A program made the translations under genes and the position numbers. DNA of 64,000 nt from Octopus vulgaris (taxonomy: Eukaryota): contig OX597814.1 in NCBI GenBank assembly GCA_951406725.2, forward strand, positions 209,126,001 through 209,190,000, written 5' to 3'. Below are positions 51,684-64,000 of this stretch, piece after piece. The notes beneath the pieces were generated by a model that ran no database searches, was not told the origin of the DNA, and saw only the letters and a program-made list of their open reading frames with translations. Every line of letters starts with the position of its first letter. Position 1 is the stretch's first letter.

Positions 51684-51906
51684 ATTTCTTTACTACCCAC
51701 AAGGGGCTAAACACAGAGGGGACAAACAAGGACAGAGAAAGGGATTAAGTCGATTACATCGACTCCAGTGCGTAACTGGTACTTAATTTATCGACCCCGA
51801 AAGGATGAAAGGCAAAGTCGACCTCGGCGGAATTTGAACTCAGAACGTAACGGCAAACGAAATACGGCTACACATTTCGCCCGGCGTGCTAACGTTTCTG
51901 CCAGCT
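51684..51906 (-). mobile_element. SINE family B
   Basis: TSD AGCAAAGATATATA on both sides. Confidence 0.92.
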
Positions 51907-52659
51907 AGCAAAGATATATATTTTAGTGCTCCTCATTTTAATCAACAGACCAGAGAGATTTCACGCCATCACCCAAAGGAAGAAAGCAACAACCCTTCTC
52001 ACTCGTCTCTTGCTCTGCGGCAGGGTGTGATTATCTGGAGACATGGCTGTTATTTTTAGCAGTTGGCATGACCATATTGAGGCCCTCTCGATAGCTCGGT
52101 AATGATAACATAAGTAGTAGAAATAACAGTTTATATAGTAACAATTTAACCGCTGTCCCAATAGTAATACTATTAAACGAAATGTAACTGGAACACATAA
52201 AATATTTTCTCTTCAACTTCAAAGAAATAGAAGGAAAATATAATTGATATTATCGTTTTTATGAAATACTAGAAACTTTACATTTAAAATTATTTAAATT
52301 TCTGTCATTTTAGAAAGAAAAAAAAATATGCAGTTTTGTAGACTGATTAGTTATTTATGTTTCTGTTTTTCTAATAAAAATATCTCCAAAAATTTGTTTC
52401 TGTCGAAAATTGATTTGTGCCAAACATTGCTTGAGTTTAAAAAACAATGTTTAAAAACATAAATTAAAAAAAATAAAAACATTACACGAAAATAAATTTC
52501 ATCGCTGCCAGTGCATTAGCAAGTATCTTAAGTACATAGTCACTCATTTCTAGAAGCGAAAATGAGATTGTGAGGCATTCATATCTTTCTGAACAACATT
52601 ATCGGCATAATGGAAGTTCTGTAGCGATAGACCCCCTTCATCTGGGTTGTCACAAGCTG

Positions 52660-52925
52660 TGACACCTTCTTCAGCGGCAGCTTGGTGTGTTCAGCTACCA
52701 GCTCAGGCTCCGCTGCTCGTCAGGCTGAGAAAGCTATCAAAGTATCGGTCGTTCTTTGATAGGTTTATGGTCGAGCCTGTAGCAGTGGAGACCTCTCGTG
52801 TTCTCGACCCCCGGGCCATATCCCTGCTCACCGCTATCGAGACGGAGATGGCTAACCGCAAGTGCGTATCTCCCTCGCCATCCTCCGGCGTAACGCCTTT
52901 TCCGTTTTGCCTGCTGGGAACATGA
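52660..52925 (+). mobile_element. CRE-like non-LTR element, restriction-like endonuclease C-terminal fragment
   Basis: GSAARQAE/KLSKYRS..RFMVEPVAVETSRVL..SLAILRRNA pattern. Confidence 0.65.
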
Positions 52926-53805
52926 GGCAGTCTGAATTATAGGAAATCGAAGGAATGTTAGAAGCTCAGTACACGAACAAAATAGGTAATATAATATGAT
53001 CAAATGTAAACTCCTTTCACATCTTAAACAATCCATACAAACATGGAAATAAATTGAATTTCAAAGCAGTCACGCTGTTGAAGGATGGAGTCTCTAGAAA
53101 TAACAGCCAAGTTCCCCTGAAATCCTACACAACCATCTTAAAAAGGGAATGGACTAACTGGTCAATGCAGTCCTAGATATTTCTATAAAAGCAGGATGGT
53201 CAAACTGAATTAGTTGATCATAGTATCTGCTCAATCCGGTTTGATCTGGGAATAAGCTATTACTTAGCCTCATGCATCTTATAACATAGATACAGTCTCT
53301 CTCAAGCCTAGAGACCCATGGAGCGGAGATTATATAAATTTCCAAGACATTTCAGCTGAATACACACTGAACAAGATGCCCACCCGTCGCAGGGTTAATA
53401 CCTAAGTGCGACTGGTATTAATTTCCAGAGGAATGTGCTGGGTTAGCATGAAATGAAATACCTTGCTCAAGCCCGGTGCATACCATTCGGTTCGGGAATC
53501 GAACCCGCAACCAAACGATCGCGAGCCCTACACTTTAGTCACTATGTCACACATTTTTACAACGTTCTCTCTCTCTCACACACACACGAACATATACAGA
53601 AGGTCTCAAATTCCATGGAAAGTGACCTGTTAATTGTTTCAACTCAAGAACACAACTGGAACTTTATTCTATTAAATTTGAAAATTCGAAACAAGTGTAA
53701 AGTGACCTCCATGAAATTTGAACTCAGAACGCAAATATCCTAAATAAATATCACAAAGTATTTTGAAAGAATAAAATTCCACCAGTCCACTTCCTTAGCA
53801 AAGTT

Positions 53806-53842
<37 letters not shown>

Positions 53843-53846
53843 AGGG

Positions 53847-53893
<47 letters not shown>

Positions 53894-53988
53894 CGCGCGG
53901 TGTATCACCAACTCAGCTCTAATTTTAAGTAAATTTATGGTATGCAGGTCGTCAGTCGAATGTCTAATCTATTGTTTCAGGTATATAA

Positions 53989-54219
53989 AGGCGGCGAGCT
54001 GGCCGAAACGTTAGCACGCCGGGCGAAATGCGTAGCCGTATTTCGTCTGCCGTTACGTTCTGAGTTCAAATTCCGTCGAGGTCGACTTTGCCTTTCATCC
54101 TTTCGGGGTCGATAAATTAAGTACCAGTTACGCACTGGGATCGATGTAATCGACTTAATCCGTTTGTCTGTCCTTGTTTGTCCCCTCTGTGTTTAACCCC
54201 TTGTGGGTAGTAAAGAAAT
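53989..54219 (+). mobile_element. SINE family B, full length
   Basis: A-box-like AGCTGGCCGAAACG, B-box GAGTTCAAATTCC, TSD TATTGTT(T/C)CAGGTATA. Confidence 0.92.
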
Positions 54220-54663
54220 GTATTGTTCCAGGTATACGTCTTCTCTACCTGTTTGAGTGTAACAGCTTGGGCATATTTTATTCTGAACACTTGGTGCTGT
54301 TGTTGTTCAACTCCAAATTAATCTGATTTAACAACCTGTGACCTAAATCACCCCGACCATGACCATCTGTCTGTCTTAGGGATTGAGTCGAGCTACTGTA
54401 TCGAATGTGCTCTTATATAAAACAGTAGGTTGAAATTTGAGAGAAATTTGACTGCTGTTTCTAGCCAGTCGAGCGATAACGTAGATTCTGGTTCGCTTGT
54501 CCAATCAAATCTCAGTTCCACGAGTCTTTAGGCTCGAAGGAGACAGAGTATCCGTTACAAATCAATGTCATTGTTTAGTTCCAAATCATTGTTTAATCAG
54601 CAATGAGCAGATCTTATGATAAAATTGCAATCCAGAATTGCCCATCCAATCATTTTAGGAGTA

Positions 54664-55357
54664 TCTACGACTGTATTGACTAGTGAGTACTTTTACTTTT
54701 TACGACGACAGGGTATGACTTTTTGGTGACATGGCTACAACTTTTTAGCAAGTCGTGACTATGTAGAGACTCCATAGTTTGCAAGCACATCTACTTTCAA
54801 TTTCTACGACTGTATTGACTAGTGAGTACTTTTACTTTTTACGACGGCAGGGTATGACTTTTTGGGGTCATGGTTACAATCTTTTAGCAAGTCGTGACTA
54901 TGTAGAGACTCCAGAGTTTGCAAGCACATCTTTCAATTTCTACGACTGTATTGACTAGTGAGTACTTTTACTTTTTACGACGGCAGGGTATGACTTTTTG
55001 GGGTCATGGTTACAATCTTTTAGCAAGTCGTGACTATGTAGAGACTCCATAGTTTGCAAGCACATCTACTTTCAATTTCTACGACTGTATTGACTAGTGA
55101 GTACTTTTACTTTTTACGACGGCAGGGTATGACTTTTTGGGGTCATGGTTACAATCTTTTAGCGAGTCGTGACTATGTAGAGACTCCATAGTTTGCAAGC
55201 ACATCTACTTTCAATTTCTACGACTGTATTGACTAGTGAGTACTTTTACTTTTTACGACGACAGGGTATGACTTTTTGGGGTCATGGCTACAATCTTTTA
55301 GCAAGTCGTGGCTATGTAGAGACTCCAGAGTTTGCAAGCACATCTACTTTCAGTTTC
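54664..55357. repeat. Tandem array, 5 x about 139 bp
   Basis: Unit starts TCTACGACTG at 54664, 54803, 54939, 55078 and 55217. Confidence 0.95.
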
Positions 55358-55774
55358 AATTTATTTCCATTATGATCAGTAATGTTCTTCAGAAAGACAT
55401 GAAAGCTTCATAATCTCATTTGTGGAAAAGAGCAAAGGAAACTAAGTTAGATGGCAACAGTTTTTTTGCACTTTCATTTGGTGGTGTGCATGCCAAGATA
55501 TTTTGTATGCTATTTAGCTTATTTAAACCGCGTCCGACTCTGTATGTGTTTTTATGCTTGGTTTGCTTGTAATTCCTTCAACCCATATATATTTTAAGTG
55601 TATGGTTGTGATTTTGTTTTGAAGCTGAGTATTTGGGCTTTAGGATTAAAAGGATTTATATATCATTTGGTATCTTAGAAAAAGAAGTAACGATCTCCGT
55701 AAAAAAAGTGGGTGCTTTTCGTTTTGTATATGTTTTCTTTGAGCAATCTTTGTGACTGATTAAAAAAAATACTT

Positions 55775-55858
<84 letters not shown>

Positions 55859-55997
55859 GTGTTTTTATGTGTATGGGTTTGTGAGCGTGTATGTGCGTGT
55901 GTTTAGAAGCTGAAAACTGAAAAAGGCGAATGCTGAAAGGAAAGAGAAAGCGGGAGTCGAGTGAAGTAATGGATGAGAAACATACATGAAGACATAA

Positions 55998-56578
55998 TGC
56001 ATACATACATACATACATACATACATACATACATACATACATACACACATACATACATACATACATACATACACACATACATACATACATACATACACAC
56101 ATACATACATACATACATACATACATACACACATACATACATACATACACACATACATACATACATACACACATACATACATACATACATACATACACAC
56201 ATACATACATACATACATACACACATACATACATACATACATACACACATACATACACACATACATACATACATACACACATACATACATACATACACAC
56301 ATACATACATACATACATACATACATACATACATACATACATACATACATACATACATACACACATACATACATATATACACACATACATACATACATAC
56401 ATACATACACACATACATACATACACACATACATACATACATACATACATACACACATACATACATACATACATACATACATACATACATACACACATAC
56501 ATACATACACACATACATACATACATACATACACACATACATACATACACACATACATACATACATACATACATACAC

Positions 56579-56609
<31 letters not shown>

Positions 56610-56676
56610 CACACATACATACATACATACATACATACATACATACATACATACATACATACACAAACACATACAT
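55998..56676. repeat. Long (CATA)n microsatellite with CACA variants
   Basis: Directly visible; source of the 235-338 aa spurious ORFs. Confidence 0.97.
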
Positions 56677-56706
56677 ATAATAATTATACTCGCACACTGC
56701 TAGAAT

Positions 56707-57137
56707 CGAGCTGGCAGAATCGTTAGCACGCCGGGCGAAATGCTTAGCGGTATTTCGTTTGCCGTTACGATCTGAGTTCAAATTCCGCCGAGGTCGACTT
56801 TGCCTTTCATCCTTTCGGGGTCGATAAATTAAGTACCAGTTACGCACTGGGGTCGATGTAATCGACTTAATCCGTTTGTCTGTCCTTGTTTGTCCTCTTT
56901 GTTTGTGCCCCTTGTGGGTAGTAAAGTAAAGTATGTATGTGGGTAGTAAAGAAATAGGTATTTCGTCTGCTGTTACGTTGTGAGTTCAAATTCCGCCGTG
57001 GTTAACTTTGCCTTTCATCCTTTCGGGTCGATTAAATAAGTACCTGTTACGCACTGGGGTCGATGTAATCGACATAGTCCCTTTGTCTGTCCTTGTTTGT
57101 CCCCTCTATGTTTAGCCCCTTGTGGGTAATGAAGAAT
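56707..57137 (+). mobile_element. SINE family B dimer
   Basis: Junction AAAGAAATA|GGTATTTCGTC; shared flank AATTATACTCGC on both sides of the dimer. Confidence 0.9.
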
Positions 57138-57169
57138 TAAATTATACTCGCGCACACACGCACGCAGCA

Positions 57170-57213
<44 letters not shown>

Positions 57214-57563
57214 GCACACATACGCACACATACGCATACACACAAACACATACACACACCAACTGTTGATGTGTACCAGTAAAAGGTAGTGCCCCAGCAG
57301 TGAAAGGTCATGCCCCAGCAGTGAAAGGTCGTGCCCCAGCATGGCTTTAGCTTCTCGCTGAAACCAATAAAAGCAATTAAAATAAAACCAACAAAAATTA
57401 ACAGAAAACAACAAAAACAATAATTGTTTGTAGAACTTTCCGCATGCAGGGAAGTTCTGCAGCAGTTTTGTTTGAGCCACTTTGCAAGTCTTGAAAAATA
57501 TCGCTAGAAAATCATTAGAGTCTGTTCTGTGTTCTCATCTCATCTCATCAATGTCCGATATTA

Positions 57564-58116
57564 TTGGGTTGTCCGGAAAGTTCATGCCGATTTATAGTAG
57601 CTTACCTTTCGACTTATTTTAGAACATGATTTAGTCCATAAAACAGGATTTGACTACACCTCGATTTAGAGCACCGTTTAAATTATCTTTTCGTGGAAAA
57701 AAGTTTATGTTCCTATAACTTTTATGTTATAGTTTATGTTCCTATTAATTCTGTAATCCTTTGAAATGGAAAATAAGAAAGTTCATTTTCGGTACTTGAT
57801 GCTTTTCTTTTTTCGTAAAGGGAAAAATGTCTCACAAGAAACCAAAGACCTGAATAAGACATATTCTGCAGAAACCGGAATAGTCTTAATGGTAAAAATT
57901 TCAATTACTTGGATGATGTAAAAAGATTCCTTGATGAATTCTTTGCCATGAAACCACCTCAATTCTGGGAAGAGTGTATTTTCAAGTGAAAGAAACGATG
58001 GAGACACATTGTGCAACAAAATGGTTCATATTTGGTTGATTAAAAATGTAATGGCAAGTATTTATTGACCTTTCTCATTCCTTTAAAAATCGGCACGAAC
58101 TTTTCGGACAACCCAA
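57564..58116 (+). mobile_element. Internally deleted mariner
   Basis: TIR TTGGGTTGTCCGGAAAGTTC / GAACTTTTCGGACAACCCAA, TA flanks; MENKKVHFRYLMLFFFRKGKN joined to SLNGKNF..RWRHIVQQNGSYLVD*. Confidence 0.92.
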
Positions 58117-58763
58117 TACATACTCCTGACTTAAGTCGATATGCAGATGGTTTATTAAGACGGTAGAATCGTTAGCACGCCGTGTAAAATGCTTATTGGT
58201 ATTTCGTCTGTCTTTATGCTCTGAGTTCAAATTCCACCGAGATTGACTTTTCCATTTTATCCTTTCGTAGGTCGATAAATTAAGTATTAGTTGAGTACTG
58301 GGGTTGATGTAATTGATTTAACCACTACCCCGAAATTCCTAGTCTTTTCCGTGTAGAGCGGCAGTGTTGAAGAACCCTGCAGGTTGTTTATATAAATATC
58401 ATCCTGTGGAGAAGTGAAAACAATTTGGAAGTATTTATTTAGTATTTCAGTTATGCATTTGGGGTCTGCATTAACAGAAGGCCTTAAATTAAATACTGTG
58501 AAATAAGTGAAATACTGGGGCACTGCCTTAACAGTTTTAGTCAATCAAATTCAACTAAAACAAACACAAATCTCATACATACATGCATATATACACACAA
58601 CCATACACACACATGCACACACATATACAACGGGCTTCTTTCAGTTACCATTTACAAATTCATTCACAAGGCTTTGATCAACCCAGAGCAGTAGTAGATT
58701 ATATATATAGTATAGTATGATATAACATAATATAATGTAATATAATATAATATAATATTATAA

Positions 58764-58845
58764 TCCATATATATAAAAGAGAGATTCTGTTTGTTTGTTT
58801 GTCCTGCAAAAGGAAAGTAAATGGTTCAGGGGAAGCTATTATGCT

Positions 58846-58892
<47 letters not shown>

Positions 58893-59630
58893 AAATTGAA
58901 AGTCTTTCTCTTTCTTTCTCCGGCAAAATGAAAGTACCTGGTTCAGGGGAAGCTATTATGCTATTGCCTAATTCGTTTCAACAAAAATTATGCAATGGGA
59001 CAACACTAATTGTGCACAAACTTATGTGGAGCTGCATTGAGGCAAATATTCTTACTGGTTGTGGTAAAGGTAACACCGTCTTATTCCTCGCATACCAGTT
59101 ATACCATCTTATATCCAATTCCAATTTAAACCCTTACAGTTTCCTATCCCACTTTCTTTTGCCATGAGCATTAATAAAACTCAGGGCCAAACGCTAAAAG
59201 TTGCTGGATTGCAACTTGAAGACCCATGCTTTTCATATGGCCAACTTTATTTAGGAGCATCACTTGTGGGAGCAAAAGCAAATCTTTTAGCTTATGCACC
59301 CCGAAATAAACAAAAATTGTTTATAAAGACATATTCACTCTTAATGCAAAATGAATCCTGCAATAAGTTAATTTTGTCATTACTATCATTACATTCAGGA
59401 ATGAAATTGATCTTTGTTCTACTTCATTTATTTTTCTCTTATAAAATGCACACGTACAGGAAGTTTATGTATGAAATTGATCTTTTTTCTACCACAATTA
59501 TTGCTTATTTTTCTCTTATAAAATTACATACATACAGGAAGAGTAAATTATGAATATAATAATACTTTGAATGTGCCTCCCGAGAAACAGTGAAAGTAAT
59601 TACCCGATCAACGACGGGTATTTAATATAA
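58764..59630 (+). mobile_element. Deleted Helitron retaining a PIF1-type helicase C-terminal fragment
   Basis: A|TC start; KLCNGTTLIV..ILTGCGKG and AMSINKTQGQTLKVAGLQL..FSYGQLY; subterminal ACCCG..CGGGT hairpin. Confidence 0.85.
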
Positions 59631-59666
59631 TATAATGCAATAATAATAAATATACACATATATATG

Positions 59667-59714
<48 letters not shown>

Positions 59715-59721
59715 AATATAG

Positions 59722-59756
<35 letters not shown>

Positions 59757-61703
59757 TACCAACATATATATATATACATGCATATATATATTTATACATA
59801 TATATGTAAGTATATATGTATGTATGTGTGTATATATGTGTGTCTGTGTGAGTGTGTATGTATGTATGTATGTATGTATGTGTGTATGTATGTATGTATG
59901 TATGAATGGAAATAGTAAGAGGGACGGAAGGAGAGCGAGAGAGACAGACAACAGCGGATCAACAAACATTCACATGACAAAAATACATTGTACAGACAAG
60001 GTATCAGATGATCAAAAGAAACAAATGTTATTTGGTTTATTTTCATAGTCATGTTTTTATGGTAACTCATAGTTTGTAATTCCATCATCTCAACTGAGAT
60101 GAAACGATATTCTAAATACTGTTTTAATCTAATTGTCAAAATACAACTATATATAATGAAAAGTTATTGAATCGCTGATGAGGTTTGGTATTTTAAGTCT
60201 GTTATGAGTTTTACTTGATGAGCAAAAACAGAGAATGATTGGGGAACAAACCAACATTCAAAAGTTATTCGTATTCTGCTGTATGTTGTGTGTGTATGTG
60301 TGTATGTATACACACATATACATTCATACACATACATAGATATATACACATATATCTGGGTTTGTGTATGTATACATATATGTATCTGTCCATACAACTT
60401 ACACACACACACATACATGTATACATACATAAATGCACATACACACATGTATACATACATATATGCACACACACACATATATACACATACATACATTTAT
60501 ATACGTACATTCATATGCATCCATCCATACACACACACGCACACACACATGTATATATACATATATGCACACACACACATATATACACTTACATACATTT
60601 ATATACATACATTCATATGCATCCATCCATACACACGCGCACGCGCACGCACATATACACACACACATATATATACACACACATATATATACACACACAT
60701 ATATATACACACATAAAATCCAAATAAGTTATCATTATCTATACAAATAATGATAAAATGGCCAGCAAACATGATTCAAATATGCAAAATATATAATAAA
60801 AAGTCAGGGTAGAATATGAAAGAAGAGTTAAAACCCTCCAAAACCACGCATCTCTCACAATATTTAAACACGCACGGAAAATATAGCAAATATATTTCTC
60901 CGAAACACTCCTCCCACTTGCAAAATAGTAAAATAGTGGTTTTGGAGGGTTTTAACTCCCCTTTCAAGCAAACAGATGCATATTGTACACTGATTTTTTA
61001 TTATATATGCATATGTGCTTACACAGGCATGTGTATATATATATGGGTATATATATTTGTTCTTCATCCTTTCTGGTTTTCTCTCCTACCCTTCCCTATT
61101 CTTCTCCTCTCCCCTTCACCGTTCCCTCTCTCTCACCCCTCCTCCTTGACTCTCTCGTCGCTGACATGTAATGAGAGGGAAGCCATCTTTCCGACTACTA
61201 CCTTCACCAAGACTAAACCAGCTTATCCTGTCTCTTCATAAGCTGTCTCCTCAAGCGTTCAGAATAATTTTTCCATCGTCTTGGCTTAACAGCCCTCATT
61301 ATTTGTTTTAACTGATTTGTTCTCATTGTTCTGTCTTTTACTGTTTTTACTGTTTTGTTCTCACAGTCCTGTTCTTGTTACCACTCTCACACCCCACAAA
61401 AAATCCCAAATTTTATTTAATTTACTTTGCGGGAAGGACTGTTTCAACAAAGTCGCGTCTTGTCTTTACATTTGAAAAGCGGAGTAGATGAAACAGGGAC
61501 AACTGAAGAAGGGGAATATTCTGTATGTTGTATGTCTCGTTTTTCTGTGTTTTTTTCGTTGTTTGAAAAAATGTTCGTTTCTATGTTTTTGTTTTTGTTT
61601 TCGTTTCTCATTGTGTTCAACGTTTTTTTGGTGTCCTGTACCCATATATGCATGTATATATAATATAAATGTAGGTATGTACATATATGTATGTATATAT
61701 GCA

Positions 61704-61752
<49 letters not shown>

Positions 61753-61807
61753 TACATACACATACATATATGTACTTGGAGGCACATGCAGAATACACAA
61801 ATGCACA

Positions 61808-61843
<36 letters not shown>

Positions 61844-61895
61844 CACATACATATATGTACTTGGACGCACATGCAGAATACACGAATGCACACGC

Positions 61896-61930
<35 letters not shown>

Positions 61931-62306
61931 TTAGGACTTTGCTTAGACACAGCGATGCTCACATCCACCCGTTAGAACTTAAAATACTTATGCTTTAACG
62001 TTAGGTGAATACAAAGCATAATATTAGTTAATGAATGACAAAAGAACGGCAGTTACGTAAAGCACAGACACATTCACACGCACACACATAACACACACAC
62101 ACACACAAACATATTTCGAAGAAGATTTGAATTACAACAGTTCGCATTATTACATCATCGTCTTGACATCCACCCTCATATACTTCAAAATACTTGGAAC
62201 CAGACAATAGATGTCAGCTCAGACATCTTAATTTGTATGATTAATTGAATTCCTACAAGTGATACTGAATACAGTTCTCCATAATAAATGTTTCTATATA
62301 TGTTGA

Positions 62307-62345
<39 letters not shown>

Positions 62346-62604
62346 TTGCGAGTATATGAAGGTTGTGTAAGGAACAATGTAAGCTCTCTACATGCAAAAT
62401 GTGTAACCTAGGCTGTACTCTTACATTTATCAATTTCAATAAGAATAGTTATATTCGTAGATATATCTATTTCAAGAACACTCGCAAACGATATGAACAT
62501 CATACTCTTACCACCCTTTGATGAATACCTCTAGTTATGAAAATTGATGCAAGTCGTCTGTCAAATTATATGTATGTAGTGATCTAAGATAAGATTTGCT
62601 ACTG

Positions 62605-62623
62605 ATTTGTTGTATAATAATAC

Positions 62624-62654
<31 letters not shown>

Positions 62655-62950
62655 TGTATGTATGTATGTATGTATGTATGTATGTATGTATGTATGTATG
62701 TATGCATGCATGCATGTATGTATGTATGTATGTATGTATGTGTGCATGCATGCATGTATGTATGTATGTATGTATGTATGTATGTATGTATGTATGTATG
62801 TATGTATGTATGTATGTCATGTATGTGTGTATGTATGTATGTATGCATGCATGTATGTATGTATGTATGTATGTATGTATGTATGTGTGTATGTGTGCAT
62901 GTATGTTTGCATGTATGTATGCATGCATGCATGCATGTATGTATGTATGA
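62605..62950. repeat. (TATG)n microsatellite
   Basis: Directly visible. Confidence 0.95.
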
Positions 62951-63014
62951 ATGTATGTGTGTGTGTGTTTGAGTGTGTCTATCTATCTATCAATCTATCT
63001 TCTAATTATGCCAC

Positions 63015-63085
63015 GAGTATATGGCGTAGTGGTTAAGAGCGTGGGCTACTAACCCCAAGATTCCGAGTTCGATTCCAAGCAGTGA

Positions 63086-63145
<60 letters not shown>

Positions 63146-63156
63146 CAATAATAATA

Positions 63157-63216
<60 letters not shown>

Positions 63217-63364
63217 TCGAAAAATACCTTAGGAAGGAGAACCCAGGTTCGAAATTTCCCCAAGACACCTGATGACGGCTGGAGGGTATATCAGCCGAAA
63301 CGTTGCGTTAACAACAAACAAGATGAGGACAAATATCCGTCAAATGTAAATAATGTAAATAATT
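63015..63364 (+). mobile_element. tRNA-headed SINE-like family D element containing a hammerhead ribozyme
   Basis: A box TGGCGTAGTGG, B box GAGTTCGATTCC, (AAT)n, HHR, tail (AATGTAAAT)2. Confidence 0.85.
63264..63309 (+). ncRNA. Minimal type I hammerhead ribozyme motif, canonical core
   Basis: GACAC-CTGATGA-C-GGCTG gagggtatat CAGCC-GAAAC-GTT-GCGTT. Confidence 0.75.
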
Positions 63365-64000
63365 CGACAATTGTCATGTAATCTAAGTAACTTATTCTAA
63401 GGAATGAGTATAGTGATAAAAGTTGTTGGTCCCACTCTCCTTACGCACATGCTCAAATATAACGTTATATATTTGTTATATTTTCTAACTCAGAGACGTG
63501 AGATGTTTTGGATTTTCTGTTTTGCTTTTTGCATTATATTAGTTCACTACGCAGTTGTGGATGAGTGATGTATCAGCTATTGTCTCTTTATTTCGCAATA
63601 CCAATACATTCTATGAAAAGTAAAATACTATAATATTATCTAGCAGAAACATATAAATAGCTACAGATAAACCAAATGTTCTTTGACGGTCGAATAATTA
63701 CGTAACTTTTCTCAATGCGAACCATTCATCAAAAAATGCTCAGCCTCGGTGTCGGATTTAAGTATAAACTACCTAATCTACTGCTCAGAGCCTCACAATC
63801 CACAAGGACCTAAAATACTTTAAAAATAAAAGAATATATAAGTTTTTATTTTTGTGAGATCGATTGTTAATTTTTAACAAGTGTCTCCTTAAATTTGTAT
63901 AGTTTAAAGTCTCTCCAATTCTAAATCCGGCAATGAAAACAAATATTTTAAGTTGGCTCAAATCAATAAATCACTAGTAAATTTTGTTGATCTTTAGATT

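Noticed and set aside
54664-55357. CRISPR-like periodicity
   Set aside because: Whole units are near-identical with no unique spacers or cas genes, and the context is eukaryotic.
55656-56847. Longest ORFs in the track (235-338 aa)
   Set aside because: They are translations of (CATA)n/(TATG)n microsatellite, as are the YI/HT/CV/MYVC ORFs throughout the window.
63015-63090. Functional tRNA gene (also 33670-33746 and 34090-34164)
   Set aside because: The acceptor stem does not pair well and the heads continue into repeat bodies, so they are SINE heads.

Overview
AT-rich, microsatellite-dense eukaryotic DNA made almost entirely of interspersed repeats. The tRNA-derived SINE families, (TA)n/(TACA)n tracts and mariner/RTE/Penelope remnants suggest a cephalopod (Octopus-like) intergenic or intronic region; this is inference from repeat content only. 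No intact host protein gene is supported, and most ORFs in the track are microsatellite translations. Recognisable elements: three mariners, a maT/DD37D-like remnant, a full-length Chapaev3-like transposon, four Helitron derivatives, three GG-terminated MITEs with 8-bp TSDs and telomere-like repeats, fragments of RTE, CR1, Dong/R4 and CRE-like LINEs, two Penelope GIY-YIG remnants, two tandem zinc-knuckle ORF1-only retroelements, many SINEs, a 139-bp tandem array and a CpG-rich promoter-like island at about 9.6-10.5 kb. The most notable signal is about a dozen minimal type I hammerhead ribozyme (HHR) motifs in several unrelated repeat families. Several show compensatory 3-8 core variants (U3-A8, A3-U8). 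One sits in a tRNA-headed SINE-like element (63.0-63.4 kb) and one in a 357-nt terminally redundant, highly base-paired retrozyme-like unit (16.9-17.3 kb). Activity and expression are untested.
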